A DNA stretch of 64,000 bases, taken from the IMG/VR virus record IMGVR_UViG_3300033153_006411, positions 19,135 to 83,134 of that record; one strand, 5' to 3'. Within the stretch, counting starts at the first letter, position 1; each line of letters opens with the position of its first letter. Origin of the DNA: a virus. The notes below the pieces were generated by a model. That model searched no databases, was not told the origin of the DNA, and saw nothing but the letters and a program-made list of their open reading frames with translations. The translations under genes and the position numbers were made by a program. Of the stretch, positions 29,180 to 39,558 are shown in pieces.

Positions 29180-30084
29180 AATTCGATCTCATCAGTGACT
29201 TTCACGTTGAAATGAACGTGGCACACCAAACAACCCGTATTTACGAAGAGGGTGATCCGATCCACTATGCGTGGCACAATGACCGCAAGAATGATTTGCT
29301 GGTCATGGCTGGAGATTCTGCAAACTCTCACGAGTTCGCTCGTGACGTGATCGTGGAGGCATCGAAATACTACAAGCATGTGTTGTTCGTGGACGGCAAC
29401 CATGAACACTACAGCAACTATCAGAACGGTCGAACTGTGATGTGGGATATGGAATGGTTCAACAGACAGTTCAATTGGAATGACAAGGTTGTAGACAATG
29501 TGACCTACTTGGATGGTGATCACACCTACAAGATAGGTAGAACACTGTTCATAGGCGTCAACGGTTGGTACAACTTCACGTTCACCCGTGGAGCGCACTT
29601 TAAAGAGCAGTGGAGGGCATGGCAGAACCATAGCAATGATCCGGTGTGCATACGCTTCGGTAAAAAGAACAAGCCGCACAAGCTCGCTGAGCGCCATATG
29701 AACCTACTGAAGAATCACGTCATTGCTGCACAGGATGACGACACCATTGACGAAATAGTAGTGATCACTCATACGTTGCCAATCGAGTCAGCGTTCGGAC
29801 AGTTCGGTATGCCGTCGCATCCGTTCTATCCACTGAACGGTGCCTACGGTAACGAGTTGATGTGTGGTGTGTGGTTAGCCGACGAAGCCAAGAAGATAAA
29901 GGTCTGGTGCTTCGGTCACACTCACGAGCAACGAGACTACTTCGAGAATGACATCCATTTCATGTGTAACCCTCGTGGTTACCGTGCAGAAAAGAAGTGG
30001 CACGGTCTAGGGTTCGAGGGTATCAAGGAAATCGACACCACTGACATCCACATCCGGTCTGCCTTCGGTGAAGTTGAGGACTGA
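29176..30084 (+). CDS. calcineurin-like metallophosphoesterase
   Basis: SDFH, AGD, GNHE, THTLP, FGHTH, CNPRGY. Confidence 0.9.
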   Translation: MKFDLISDFHVEMNVAHQTTRIYEEGDPIHYAWHNDRKNDLLVMAGDSANSHEFARDVIVEASKYYKHVLFVDGNHEHYSNYQNGRTVMWDMEWFNRQFNWNDKVVDNVTYLDGDHTYKIGRTLFIGVNGWYNFTFTRGAHFKEQWRAWQNHSNDPVCIRFGKKNKPHKLAERHMNLLKNHVIAAQDDDTIDEIVVITHTLPIESAFGQFGMPSHPFYPLNGAYGNELMCGVWLADEAKKIKVWCFGHTHEQRDYFENDIHFMCNPRGYRAEKKWHGLGFEGIKEIDTTDIHIRSAFGEVED

Positions 30085-30087
30085 AAT

Positions 30088-30120
30088 TTCTTGACAAAGT
30101 TCTACCCGTCCTGTATTATG
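30088..30120 (+). promoter_or_regulatory. sigma70-like early promoter
   Basis: TTCTTGACAAAGT...TGTATTAT; the same family occurs at about 39568, 45771 and 53609. Confidence 0.7.
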
Positions 30121-30150
30121 TGGGAATATTGATACAGGACGGAGTAGCGC

Positions 30151-30273
30151 ATGAAAAATAAAACACTCAAAATGATTGGTCGCCGCAAGGCAGGTTCTTG
30201 GGGTCGCACTGGTTCCAAACAACTGAAGCGCATTGCTTCCAAAGCCTCACGCCGTGCCGGAAAAGTTTCGTAA
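30151..30273 (+). CDS. 40-aa highly basic peptide (absent from the ORF track)
   Basis: GGAG RBS; MKNKTLKMIGRRKAGSWGRTGSKQLKRIASKASRRAGKVS; TAATG coupling to the next gene. Confidence 0.65.
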   Translation: MKNKTLKMIGRRKAGSWGRTGSKQLKRIASKASRRAGKVS

Positions 30274-30524
30274 TGGAAACCATCGGAACCTTCAACGGAA
30301 CGAAAATCGACTACCGCTTCGAATACACCGAAGCGCGTAAATTCATGGGTCAAAAAGGCACCGACATGGATCAACTCACCAGTACGGTTGCCCACCTTTA
30401 CCTTCAGTGTCCTGAAGACATGCGTGTAGCGTATCAAGCCCTTCTTCAAGAAATCACACGCCGTAAAGAGATGCTTGATTTGATGTCTCTGCTTGATGTT
30501 GACATTCCGAGGAAGACAGCATGA
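30273..30524 (+). CDS. hypothetical protein
   Basis: translationally coupled start METIG. Confidence 0.55.
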   Translation: METIGTFNGTKIDYRFEYTEARKFMGQKGTDMDQLTSTVAHLYLQCPEDMRVAYQALLQEITRRKEMLDLMSLLDVDIPRKTA

Positions 30525-30847
30525 GTGTCCGTAGCGAAGCTGCCGATCAGATTGCTATCAAGCTGACTGACCTCGGTCTCAACGAAGTTTACGGATGTAT
30601 CGCTGGACTGCGAGGTCGTTTCTATGACATCACTTTCTGCAAGGCTCGTGTCACCGACGGGGCGATCCACTATTACAGTGATAAATTCATACAAGTCAAA
30701 TGGCAGACCGGTATCCGGTCAATGCAGCGCAATGGTAGTGCTGTTTTTGATACCACCGAGAATGCACTCGAATTCGTAAGATTGGCTTTCGCCGAATGCG
30801 ATACCGAAGCTGCATTCAAGGTTCCCCAAAGGGAGAATAAAGCATGA
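30521..30847 (+). CDS. hypothetical protein
   Basis: ATGA overlap, GAGG RBS. Confidence 0.6.
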   Translation: MSVRSEAADQIAIKLTDLGLNEVYGCIAGLRGRFYDITFCKARVTDGAIHYYSDKFIQVKWQTGIRSMQRNGSAVFDTTENALEFVRLAFAECDTEAAFKVPQRENKA

Positions 30848-31047
30848 CCGAAATCGAAATCCAACCCAAACAGAAATTGTATAAGACTGCATTCAGTCCG
30901 CTGTTTGACGTTTTCGTCAGCATCACCCACGCACATCAGGACGTAGACGCTCGGTGGATTTACACTTGCCAGTCGTCGTACAACACCGAGGCGATCCTAA
31001 CCGACCACCTCTTCCGCGAAGAAGAACTCGAAAGGCTCTGCTTGTGA
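30844..31047 (+). CDS. hypothetical protein
   Basis: ATGA overlap, GGAG RBS. Confidence 0.6.
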   Translation: MTEIEIQPKQKLYKTAFSPLFDVFVSITHAHQDVDARWIYTCQSSYNTEAILTDHLFREEELERLCL

Positions 31048-31340
31048 AAGAACTCGCAACACTTATGGAGTTCTGGGAACTCATTGTCATCTTTTTATTG
31101 TTCGGCGCATACTGTGCCAACCTATTCAAGATGCAACGCTGGTTCCCTTGGGGCGGGTGGTAATCATGTTTTTGTCCATCGAAACCCATGTGAAATTCTA
31201 TAAACTCACCCTTCTCGACGGTTCCGTGCGAATAGTTCGCAGGGACGTTTACTGGGATACTGGGTTTAAGTCGCAGGAAGAAATCGACCTCATCAATCAA
31301 ATTGAAACCCAATTAGAAAATCATTGTATTCCGTCAATGC

Positions 31341-31369
31341 TTGACTTTCTTGAAGAAAGTCTGTAAGAT
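31341..31369 (+). promoter_or_regulatory. early promoter with a palindromic spacer (GACTTTC-N5-GAAAGTC)
   Basis: TTGACT-17-TAAGAT; near-identical copy at 38668 and variants at 53070 and 55130. Confidence 0.75.
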
Positions 31370-31397
31370 TGTCGGAATTGAGAGATTGGAGAGATAT

Positions 31398-31943
31398 ATG
31401 ACTGATAACAGCAAATACGTAACAGTGACCGAAGCCGACATGCGTTCCATGATGGAAAGCGAATGTGGCTTTGAGCAAATTCGTCTCAAAGGTACCTACG
31501 AAATTGTGTTTCAACGTCAAGTCGAATCAGCAAGGGGCGTCAAGTTTCCATATGCGGTTCGCGTATACTCTTCCGTTGCCAATGGCACCACCCGCGATGT
31601 TGGCGAAGACGCCATCCGCGTCGTACTCATTAACACCGAAACCGACCGTCCTATGAAGATCATGGGCGAAGGTCGCAAGAACCGCAGCAAGAAGTCCAAG
31701 GCGGGATCGCGCATCAATCGTACTGCACCAACTGGCATCCCCACTGAAGAACGCGTAGCGGGTCTTCTGGGGCGGCTCAGAGACCGTTGTAGGGATTACT
31801 TCTACCACATTGTGGCTAACCCCTGTCCGAAGTGTGGTAGCGCCCTGTCGCTGCGTCACGCTAACGGCAACGACTTCTACGGTTGCACCAATTTCCCAGA
31901 GTGTAAGCACACTCAATCAGAGGTGAAGACCCGTGATAGTTAA
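31398..31943 (+). CDS. protein with a C-terminal topoisomerase-I-type C4 zinc ribbon
   Basis: CPKCG...FYGCTNFPEC. Confidence 0.7.
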   Translation: MTDNSKYVTVTEADMRSMMESECGFEQIRLKGTYEIVFQRQVESARGVKFPYAVRVYSSVANGTTRDVGEDAIRVVLINTETDRPMKIMGEGRKNRSKKSKAGSRINRTAPTGIPTEERVAGLLGRLRDRCRDYFYHIVANPCPKCGSALSLRHANGNDFYGCTNFPECKHTQSEVKTRDS

Positions 31944-32253
31944 ACTGAACCCATATCTGGTCGCCAAACAGAATCTCAATCGTGTTGACATTGCACGACT
32001 GGTTGTCCTTCACGCATATAAGGATTGGGTTTTCGCCCGAGCACATACCGGTGGCGACACGCAGAAACTACTGAAGGAACTGCGAAGAATTGAATTTGCA
32101 ATGCAGGCGGTATGGAAATTCGACCGCGACGAATCCCGACACACTTGGAAATATCTAATGCCGAATACCACGGTTAACGAGCATAGATCGAGCCAGTGGG
32201 TGAAGGACTATTTGCGTGCGATGCGTGGTCACACGCTACGGTACCCAGTATGA
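31933..32253 (+). CDS. hypothetical phage protein
   Basis: IEFAMQAVWKF.RD...HTW pattern. Confidence 0.55.
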   Translation: MIVKLNPYLVAKQNLNRVDIARLVVLHAYKDWVFARAHTGGDTQKLLKELRRIEFAMQAVWKFDRDESRHTWKYLMPNTTVNEHRSSQWVKDYLRAMRGHTLRYPV

Positions 32254-32733
32254 CCGAGAAATGCATCAATTGTGGTCTAGACGATACTGAGGTAGAATTG
32301 GAACCCATGCCCTGTTGTGGCGAATACGTATGTTGGGATGACTGTCTTCAGTGGGAACCAACCAAATGCCCGAAATGCAACAAAGGTATCGAGGTCACCT
32401 TGAAAGACCCCGTAACGAAAGAATCCTATGTAATACCAACATGGGTAAGAGAGGTATCAACATGAGAAACGCAATCCAAAATATTATTTCACTGATCCGT
32501 GCAAACCCCGAGTATGCAAAAGTAGCAATCACACTTGATGCGTGCATCGGTCTGGTATTCGGTCTGTTCGCCTACGTCTGCCTGAATGCAGCCAACATCG
32601 AGCTTACCAATATCCTTGTACTGGGATTCGCATCAGCAATTGCGCTTGTCGCCATCGGCATTGCAGGGTATACTGTCCTCTACAACACCGGTTATGACTT
32701 CACCGACGACGAAGTCGAGTATGAGGAAGACTA

Positions 32734-33027
32734 GTGATAGAAAGTTTCAAACGTTGGAGTAGAGCAAGGCTGCGGAGGAAACTCCGCGCCAAGTCGGCAC
32801 GGTATAAAGCCGTGTGGGCGAACAAGCCGGATGAAGATATCATCCATGCACATAAGGATGCCATGGGTTGGATTATTCTAGAACGTCCGGGAAAATACAC
32901 AAGCGGATATAAGTCGCTCGGTTCTGTTACCAGAAGTTGCCGACGCCGGTTGAAGAAATATATTTTACCTGAAATGAAAAAGCGAGGAATCGATGAACGA
33001 GAATACACCCTGCACGACTTCGTCTGA
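32734..33027 (+). CDS. hypothetical basic protein
   Basis: GAGG RBS with GTG start, within an operon. Confidence 0.5.
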   Translation: MIESFKRWSRARLRRKLRAKSARYKAVWANKPDEDIIHAHKDAMGWIILERPGKYTSGYKSLGSVTRSCRRRLKKYILPEMKKRGIDEREYTLHDFV

Positions 33028-33376
33028 AGTCATCTACGTTGCCAATCCGTACACTGGAACTTCCTTCGAGCGCAACCAACGGTTCCTCGCAGTGGAGAAA
33101 TACACAGCACATCTGATCCGCGAGGGCAAGACAGCAGTCTCCCCGATTGTGCACTGTCATGTACTGGCATTCCGTCATGGCTTACCTCACGATTTCGCTT
33201 TCTGGCAACATTACTGCCTGAACCTATTATTTGTTTGTGACGAGATGCATGTTCTGTGTTTGGACGGATGGGAAGACTCGGTTGGTGTACTGGGAGAAAC
33301 CACCGAGGCGGAAGACCTCAATATTTCAATCACCTACATCGACCCCGAAACATACGAGGCTATTCCCCGTGGATGA
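32993..33376 (+). CDS. DUF1937 / nucleoside 2-deoxyribosyltransferase-like protein
   Basis: IYVANPYT...SPIVHCH...GWEDSVGV..E. Confidence 0.75.
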   Translation: MNENTPCTTSSEVIYVANPYTGTSFERNQRFLAVEKYTAHLIREGKTAVSPIVHCHVLAFRHGLPHDFAFWQHYCLNLLFVCDEMHVLCLDGWEDSVGVLGETTEAEDLNISITYIDPETYEAIPRG

Positions 33377-33637
33377 AAATATCCAAGCACACCTGAAGTC
33401 ACTACACCCTGATACATTTGCAGGATGGGATGGGTTCGAGATTAATATGAGAGTGCGTAAACGCGGAGACAAAGAGGACATGCTCGTCACTTTGCTCAAC
33501 AAGCACCCCACCTTTATAGCTGATATTCATGCAACATTCCTGATAGTCGAAGCAGGAGACGGTAGTGATATCATCCGCGTCGGCAAACACGAACTTGCTG
33601 ATGAATACAACAGCGTCTACATACCGGAGTTCGCAAA

Positions 33638-33976
33638 ATGATGCGCCTACCCGAAGACATCGCAGAAAGAATCTATGACGTACTGGTTGCACATACCGGT
33701 GCGCCGGAACAATACCGTCACTCCTTCGTTTATACGTACAGTGATAACAGAGACGAACTCTCGTACAAACCAACAGAGTTCCGCGTCTGCTCTAAATGGG
33801 GCATGGCGGGAAAATTCTGGTGGGCTAACAACAAATTCTATGTCAGCGGACGATCACGTTGTGAATGCTCCACTGACCGCGACTACGAAATGGAAGCTGC
33901 GGAGTGTGAGGAAGTGAACAAACTACTGGCACCCATCTATGCAGAATTCGAACAACTGGAGAACAGCCATGACTGA
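33638..33976 (+). CDS. hypothetical protein
   Basis: GGAG RBS, operon. Confidence 0.55.
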   Translation: MMRLPEDIAERIYDVLVAHTGAPEQYRHSFVYTYSDNRDELSYKPTEFRVCSKWGMAGKFWWANNKFYVSGRSRCECSTDRDYEMEAAECEEVNKLLAPIYAEFEQLENSHD

Positions 33977-34244
33977 CCGAATTAATGGAGTATTTGTCAC
34001 CCTAGATAAGGACATCCGCATTGACGATGCAGAGCATCTTCTGAACGCCATTCGGATGGTAAAGGGTGTTGCGGACGTATCACCAAACATCAGTGATCCC
34101 AACGTACACGTCGCCAGAGTAACTGCCAAAATAGAAATAACGAACAAGTTATTTGAAGTTTTGCGGGAGTACTAACTGACAACGGTACGCTCGGTTGCGC
34201 TCTAACGGTAAATATGAGAGCAACCATTCGGAGATCGTTGGAAG

Positions 34245-35729
34245 ATGAGCCTAGCAAAAGAATTGCTCCAAAAAGTCCATGAAGCCAAGCAGGCTGAAGA
34301 CGAAATGAGCATACCCACATATGATGACCTAAAGACGCCGAACAATCACGTCGCAAATTCATCCAATGCCACCAAAGAACGTAAAGTTACCGGTCTTGGT
34401 GACAGGGTAGAAAAGAAGCCTACGGCTGATATCGGTACCCCTCATAACGAGAAGGGCCGCAAGATGTCCGAAGGTGAAAACCCTATGCAGGCTCTCGGCA
34501 TTCGAATTGACCACGAGGGTGGATTGGTCCACTTCAGTCATCCGGGCAACCCCGAGCAAGTTTACACCATTGAGTACAACAACGAATTCCGTAGTTTTTT
34601 GAATAAAACACTCCAACGCCATAAAGATGCTGCTCAGGTTTTCGATCTATTGCACATGTGGTATGAAGAAGGTGAAGGTAACGACCCTCAGAACATGACT
34701 GGTCTCAACGCCAGCAAGGGATTACCGCCAGCACCACCAACGCGTAACCCTCATGAACCGGGACCGTCGCCCATGAGAGAAGCTGCAAATCCGATTGTTC
34801 AAGCCCTTAATATGCACGCCGATGGACGCAACATACGTTTGACCAGTCCTGATGGTACTGTTGGTATGATATTTCCGACATCTCCGGTAATCCAGAAAGC
34901 TATCAACGGTTATATCACTAGTCCTGATGCCCGTGCAAACACCCAAGCTGCCGCTGAACGTCTTTTCAAGATGTTAGGCAACAAGGTTCCCGGCGTTAAA
35001 TCAGCCGAACCAGAAGCCGTTCAGGGTGCTGGACAACAGCAAAGCTATTCACAATCTGCTGGTGGCGGCATCGATACTTCTGGTATGTCTTTGACGCCGA
35101 TGGAAAGCAAAGGACACAAGACTGCTGACGGCGAGATGAACAAGCCAACAATCAAGGCTGGTGTTCCTGCGAAATCCGCCAAGGTACGCGGTAAGCAAAA
35201 CGACGAGCCAAAGAACAAAGGCAACCCCGGTTCCAGTAAGGAAGAAAAGGGTCAGGAAAAGAAGCAGTTCACCGTTAGCCCGAAAGACTACAAGGGCGGC
35301 GAGAACGAGCACAAGTCCATGAAGAAGATGCATGAGAATGTCAGGCAGCTTGAATCCCTATTAGGACGACGCCTCGACAAGGTAAGAGAGGCTTACGGTG
35401 ATCGCGACGGCGACCAATACATTCCGGGTCATCCCGACTTTCAGCAGCAGAAGAAGCCCCGCTCGGCAAGGCGGTTGGTGTCTTTTCTTGACAAGTTCTT
35501 GCAACCGGAAGGTAATAGTAATGGCGAAAAGTCATTTGCGGCTGGAAATCCGCGATTGGTAATGAAAGGGGATCATGCGGTCCTCGATCTCTCTCATCGT
35601 GGTGATGGTAATTCTCCAGAGGGTATGTCTGCCGCGACTCATTCTGTTGCGCGACAATTATCGAAGGGCGGATTCCGCGTACAGCAAGGCGATGCTCCAG
35701 CGTACCTAATGATCGCGGTAGACGGATAG
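34245..35729 (+). CDS. low-complexity probable virion internal/head protein
   Basis: TAAATA at about 34209; charged and flexible with repeated (V/M)xE sites. Confidence 0.55.
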   Translation: MSLAKELLQKVHEAKQAEDEMSIPTYDDLKTPNNHVANSSNATKERKVTGLGDRVEKKPTADIGTPHNEKGRKMSEGENPMQALGIRIDHEGGLVHFSHPGNPEQVYTIEYNNEFRSFLNKTLQRHKDAAQVFDLLHMWYEEGEGNDPQNMTGLNASKGLPPAPPTRNPHEPGPSPMREAANPIVQALNMHADGRNIRLTSPDGTVGMIFPTSPVIQKAINGYITSPDARANTQAAAERLFKMLGNKVPGVKSAEPEAVQGAGQQQSYSQSAGGGIDTSGMSLTPMESKGHKTADGEMNKPTIKAGVPAKSAKVRGKQNDEPKNKGNPGSSKEEKGQEKKQFTVSPKDYKGGENEHKSMKKMHENVRQLESLLGRRLDKVREAYGDRDGDQYIPGHPDFQQQKKPRSARRLVSFLDKFLQPEGNSNGEKSFAAGNPRLVMKGDHAVLDLSHRGDGNSPEGMSAATHSVARQLSKGGFRVQQGDAPAYLMIAVDG

Positions 35730-35761
35730 ACGCGAGCAGGTAAAAAGGTTAGGATATAAGA

Positions 35762-37678
35762 ATGAAACTTCTGGAATTCTTTAGAACCATTCGGGAGAAT
35801 GACTCTAACGGTACCGGAAAGTTCGTTGGAGCAAGACTAACCCGAGAATCAGAGCGCGACATCACCCGATGGATGCGCGATAACGGGTTACGTAAGAAAG
35901 AACCACGCGCCCGCATGCACATCACCGTCGTTGGTGATAAGGAACATGACTTCGATTGGAATCCCGCTACATTCAAACCACCACTCGAAATCGACCCCGC
36001 TTCGTACAAGATAGAAAAATTCGATCACGGTTCCATCGTGCTGTCATTCTCCGTCCCTGAACTTGAGAAGCGACACGAACAGGCAGTCGAGGATTATGCC
36101 ATCCAGTGGGATTTCCCTACGTATCAGCCACACATCACATTAAGCTACGACCCAACCGACCTGAATGATGTTGAGCGACTGCTGACACCAACGTTCCCGA
36201 TGTATGTTTCGCATGAGTACGAACAACCATGGTCGTTTACCGAATCAGACACAGCGTCAGAGCGTCGCCGTAGCGCACGACTGGACGAAGCCTTCCTAGC
36301 TGAACGAAACCTGATGAATGCTCCACTGGCCAAAAAGTGGGCTGGTCATGCTGCCGAGACTCTGTTTGGTTCTGAAGTTGGTGCTGCATTGTTACCGATG
36401 GGTCTCGCTGATCCCGCACTGAAGTGGGCACATCGTGCACTCGCACGATACTTCGTTAATGATATGCCCGCATCACGGCTCCTCTCCTTTACTTCGGGGG
36501 ATGATAACGGAACGTGGCGACCACCGGCAACCGACTTCAATCAACAAGGAATCGAAGGTCATGGTGAAATTATTACACCACAAGATGCGGCTTATGGCAT
36601 CACCAGTGGACACCAAGGTCTCCGATCCATTACGGTTCCTCCTTGGGTTCCGGCTACATTGGAACGGGGTGATGAATTATATTTCTTGGATCAGCGGGGA
36701 GTAAACCATCTTGTTAATAGCAGCATGTTCGGTGCCGTCAAAGACTGGTTCCGTTACTTGGCGAACAACCACCCAGAAAAATTAAAGACCGGAGCCCTGA
36801 ACCGATTGAGTTGGGAAGAGGCTGTGGAATCTGCTGTTGAGTGGCATCAGGCTATGCGAGCGGCAGAAACTAGCGACGACGAAGAAAATGAAAATCACCG
36901 CGTGATGTACATCGATTACGGCAATGGTATTGCGTGGTGGAAACTAATTGGCGAAACCTGCCTCACCCGTGAAGGTAAACTGATGGGTCATTGTGTTGCC
37001 GATTACGTGCACGACGTGGAAAGTGGTCATTCAGTTATTCTGTCATTGCGAGATGAGAAAAATAATCCCCATGTAACAGTAGAACTTAATGATATTGCCT
37101 ATACCAAAGATGCTCCCAAGGCTGGTTATATCATCAACCAAGTGAAGGGAAAGGAAAACAAACCACCAGTTGAGAAGTACTGGAAATATGTTGACGCACT
37201 GATAAAGAAACTCGATGCTGATGGGCTTGAACTTTCCGCCAGTGGCGAAGGTCCATATGACTTATCCGAATGTGAAATCGAAATAATTGGTCCCCTGTTG
37301 GTCAGAATATCACCTCCGCTTCATAACATAACATCACAATTCCATCTAATTCAGCAACATGCTGATGGAAGTCAAAAAGATGTAATGGAAGGAAGTAAAG
37401 GAACTGATTTGTTTGTAGTATTTCATACATTAAGAACAACATATAATATCTTTCCAACCGGCGAAGCCGAACAATACTTAAAGTGGTTGCTACTCAGGGA
37501 CGGTGAATGGGAAATTGATACGGAAACCATCCCAGACGTTAGAGGTGAATATGATTTTGTACCTACCCATATAAATATAAAGGTACCCAAGATCGAATAT
37601 GAAGTCCTTGCTGGTAATCCAAAGGATTTCAAATACGACCTCAAACACGAAATCGCGGTGCATCTAAATGAGGAGTAA
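35762..37678 (+). CDS. fusion of an Acb1/T4 gp57B-like 2H phosphodiesterase and a PcfJ-like domain
   Basis: two HxT motifs (MHITV and WDFPTYQPHITLSY) in the N-terminal ~160 aa; EGKLMGHCV...ILSLRDEKNNPHVTVE...QVKGKEN in the C-terminal half. Confidence 0.75.
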   Translation: MKLLEFFRTIRENDSNGTGKFVGARLTRESERDITRWMRDNGLRKKEPRARMHITVVGDKEHDFDWNPATFKPPLEIDPASYKIEKFDHGSIVLSFSVPELEKRHEQAVEDYAIQWDFPTYQPHITLSYDPTDLNDVERLLTPTFPMYVSHEYEQPWSFTESDTASERRRSARLDEAFLAERNLMNAPLAKKWAGHAAETLFGSEVGAALLPMGLADPALKWAHRALARYFVNDMPASRLLSFTSGDDNGTWRPPATDFNQQGIEGHGEIITPQDAAYGITSGHQGLRSITVPPWVPATLERGDELYFLDQRGVNHLVNSSMFGAVKDWFRYLANNHPEKLKTGALNRLSWEEAVESAVEWHQAMRAAETSDDEENENHRVMYIDYGNGIAWWKLIGETCLTREGKLMGHCVADYVHDVESGHSVILSLRDEKNNPHVTVELNDIAYTKDAPKAGYIINQVKGKENKPPVEKYWKYVDALIKKLDADGLELSASGEGPYDLSECEIEIIGPLLVRISPPLHNITSQFHLIQQHADGSQKDVMEGSKGTDLFVVFHTLRTTYNIFPTGEAEQYLKWLLLRDGEWEIDTETIPDVRGEYDFVPTHINIKVPKIEYEVLAGNPKDFKYDLKHEIAVHLNEE

Positions 37679-37684
37679 TTACTA

Positions 37685-37972
37685 ATGCCAGCAGCATGTA
37701 GAATAGGAGACTCAGTTTCTTGTGGCGATACAGTGGCTCAAGGAAGTCCCGACGTTTTTGTAAATGGTATTCCGTGGACACGTGTCGGAGTTGACAAGAC
37801 TGCTGGTCACTGTTGGAGTCCAACTACGCTAATCAGCGGAGCATCTACCGTGTTTGTTAACGGAAGTAATGCTGGTTTTGCCGGTAGCCCAATTTTCCAC
37901 GGCGGTTGTCCAGACACCTCTCCTCATGGAGGCACAGTTACGGTGGGCTCACCGGACGTGTTTGCAGGCTAA
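37685..37972 (+). CDS. PAAR-domain tail-spike tip protein
   Basis: MPAACRIGDSVSCG...GSPDVFVNG, repeated. Confidence 0.88.
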   Translation: MPAACRIGDSVSCGDTVAQGSPDVFVNGIPWTRVGVDKTAGHCWSPTTLISGASTVFVNGSNAGFAGSPIFHGGCPDTSPHGGTVTVGSPDVFAG

Positions 37973-38649
37973 TGAGTTGCCAACCATCGTACACCTACCG
38001 ACCAACTGATAGACCAGCGCCCTCGATATCGAATGCTCTCATCTATACCGAACACCGAAGCCGGTTGTTCGCCAGTGGTACGTTCTTCCGAAGCATCGAA
38101 CAGGGTACCAGTCAAAACGATATATCACTCGAAGCTATTGTAACTGAAATAAACCCACCGCTTGAGTTTGAAGTTACGTTCAACGTGTACATCCTCGGTG
38201 TATTGCAGGAAACGTTTGTAACACCACAGACAGTAAACATCGTTCTTCCATCCGGTCCTAACACTTGTTCTGGTGGAATAAGCGCATTGCGTGCTGCTGT
38301 CAATGATGGTACCACCGGTAGCAACATCATTGAAATGCCAGCCCGAAATTATGATGTTTTCGATCCCGTCCCAAATGCCGATCCCGATAACAATTGCGTA
38401 ACTGCATTCGGTCCGATCAATCCGGCTGGTGGTTCTGGACCGCCATCCGGTGCTAATCAGTCATTCCTTGATGCGTTATTCACTGGAACAGAACGGTCAA
38501 TAATCATTATCGCTACCACCGAGAACGATACTGGCAAATCAGTCGATCCCAGTATCCTTCGTAGGATACAGCAGTGGGACGGCACACAGTGGATTCAATA
38601 TGCCAACGTGGCACAGGGTTCCTGCCCTATTGACGGACCACCCGCTTAA
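37972..38649 (+). CDS. hypothetical, probably virion-associated protein
   Basis: TAATG coupling to PAAR; T/P/N/G-rich. Confidence 0.55.
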   Translation: MSCQPSYTYRPTDRPAPSISNALIYTEHRSRLFASGTFFRSIEQGTSQNDISLEAIVTEINPPLEFEVTFNVYILGVLQETFVTPQTVNIVLPSGPNTCSGGISALRAAVNDGTTGSNIIEMPARNYDVFDPVPNADPDNNCVTAFGPINPAGGSGPPSGANQSFLDALFTGTERSIIIIATTENDTGKSVDPSILRRIQQWDGTQWIQYANVAQGSCPIDGPPA

Positions 38650-38667
38650 TTCTCTTTTATAATACGC

Positions 38668-38696
38668 TTGACTTTCCTGAAGAAAGTCTGTAAGAT
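38668..38696 (+). promoter_or_regulatory. early promoter with a palindromic spacer
   Basis: TTGACTTTCCTGAAGAAAGTCTGTAAGAT, one mismatch from the 31341 copy. Confidence 0.75.
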
Positions 38697-39192
38697 GGCG
38701 GAATTAGATAGGAGAATACTTATGAGCACAGAAATTTCAAAAATCAATGACAAAGAACATGTATCAGTACCCGTGAACGTTCTTCAAGCCCTTATCTGGA
38801 ACTGCGAATTGGCTGTCTCTGGTATGGGTAAAGGCGAAGAACTGGTTGCCGATCAGTGCCGCATACTTCAACGCCACATCTCGGATGCGGCTGGCGTACC
38901 AATGCCGGAAGATGTATTCTCATTTGATGAATTCGAGAACGTCGAGTTTGTTGACTTCGGAAAGAAGGCAAAAAACCATGGCTAAGACAAAACAAGTCGA
39001 AACCCAATACGTCCGTCTGGACGGTGGTCAGTTCACGGTGGCACAGACGCGTGGACAGTTCTATGGAGCCACCTGCAAACGCCGCACCGTAAGCGACCGC
39101 GAATGGGTTGCGATGGTGCGTGACACTATCGAGGTCGAGCGTAGAATCCTTGAGGAGATGAACATAGTCTTCGAAACGGACATCACTGTACG

Positions 39193-39558
39193 ATGAAACG
39201 TAAAGTCAAACTCACTGGTGATTGCTTCGACTCCGCCTTCAATATGTTCATGGCGGACACCAGTGGTCGCATGGTTTTGGTTCACGGTCTCCCCACTGGG
39301 AGAGGTGGACAAGCTGCCACAGTAGGAACCTATCCCCATGCATGGATCGAATACCCCGATACCAATCAGGTCTATGATACGGTCGCTGACGTGACCATCG
39401 ACAAGGACCGATATTATCTACTGGGTAACATCCAATTCACCAAGCGCTATGACAGGGAAGCCGTCAACCGCATGCTTCACAAGTACGGTCAAGACACCAT
39501 AGTGTGGAGCCGAATACTAAAGCAACGGGCTAAGAAGATATCCAAGATGCGAATTTAG
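39193..39558 (+). CDS. hypothetical protein, papain/transglutaminase-like motif
   Basis: GDCF...LVHG...HAWIE...VYD gives a Cys-His-(Asp/Glu) arrangement. Confidence 0.5.
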   Translation: MKRKVKLTGDCFDSAFNMFMADTSGRMVLVHGLPTGRGGQAATVGTYPHAWIEYPDTNQVYDTVADVTIDKDRYYLLGNIQFTKRYDREAVNRMLHKYGQDTIVWSRILKQRAKKISKMRI

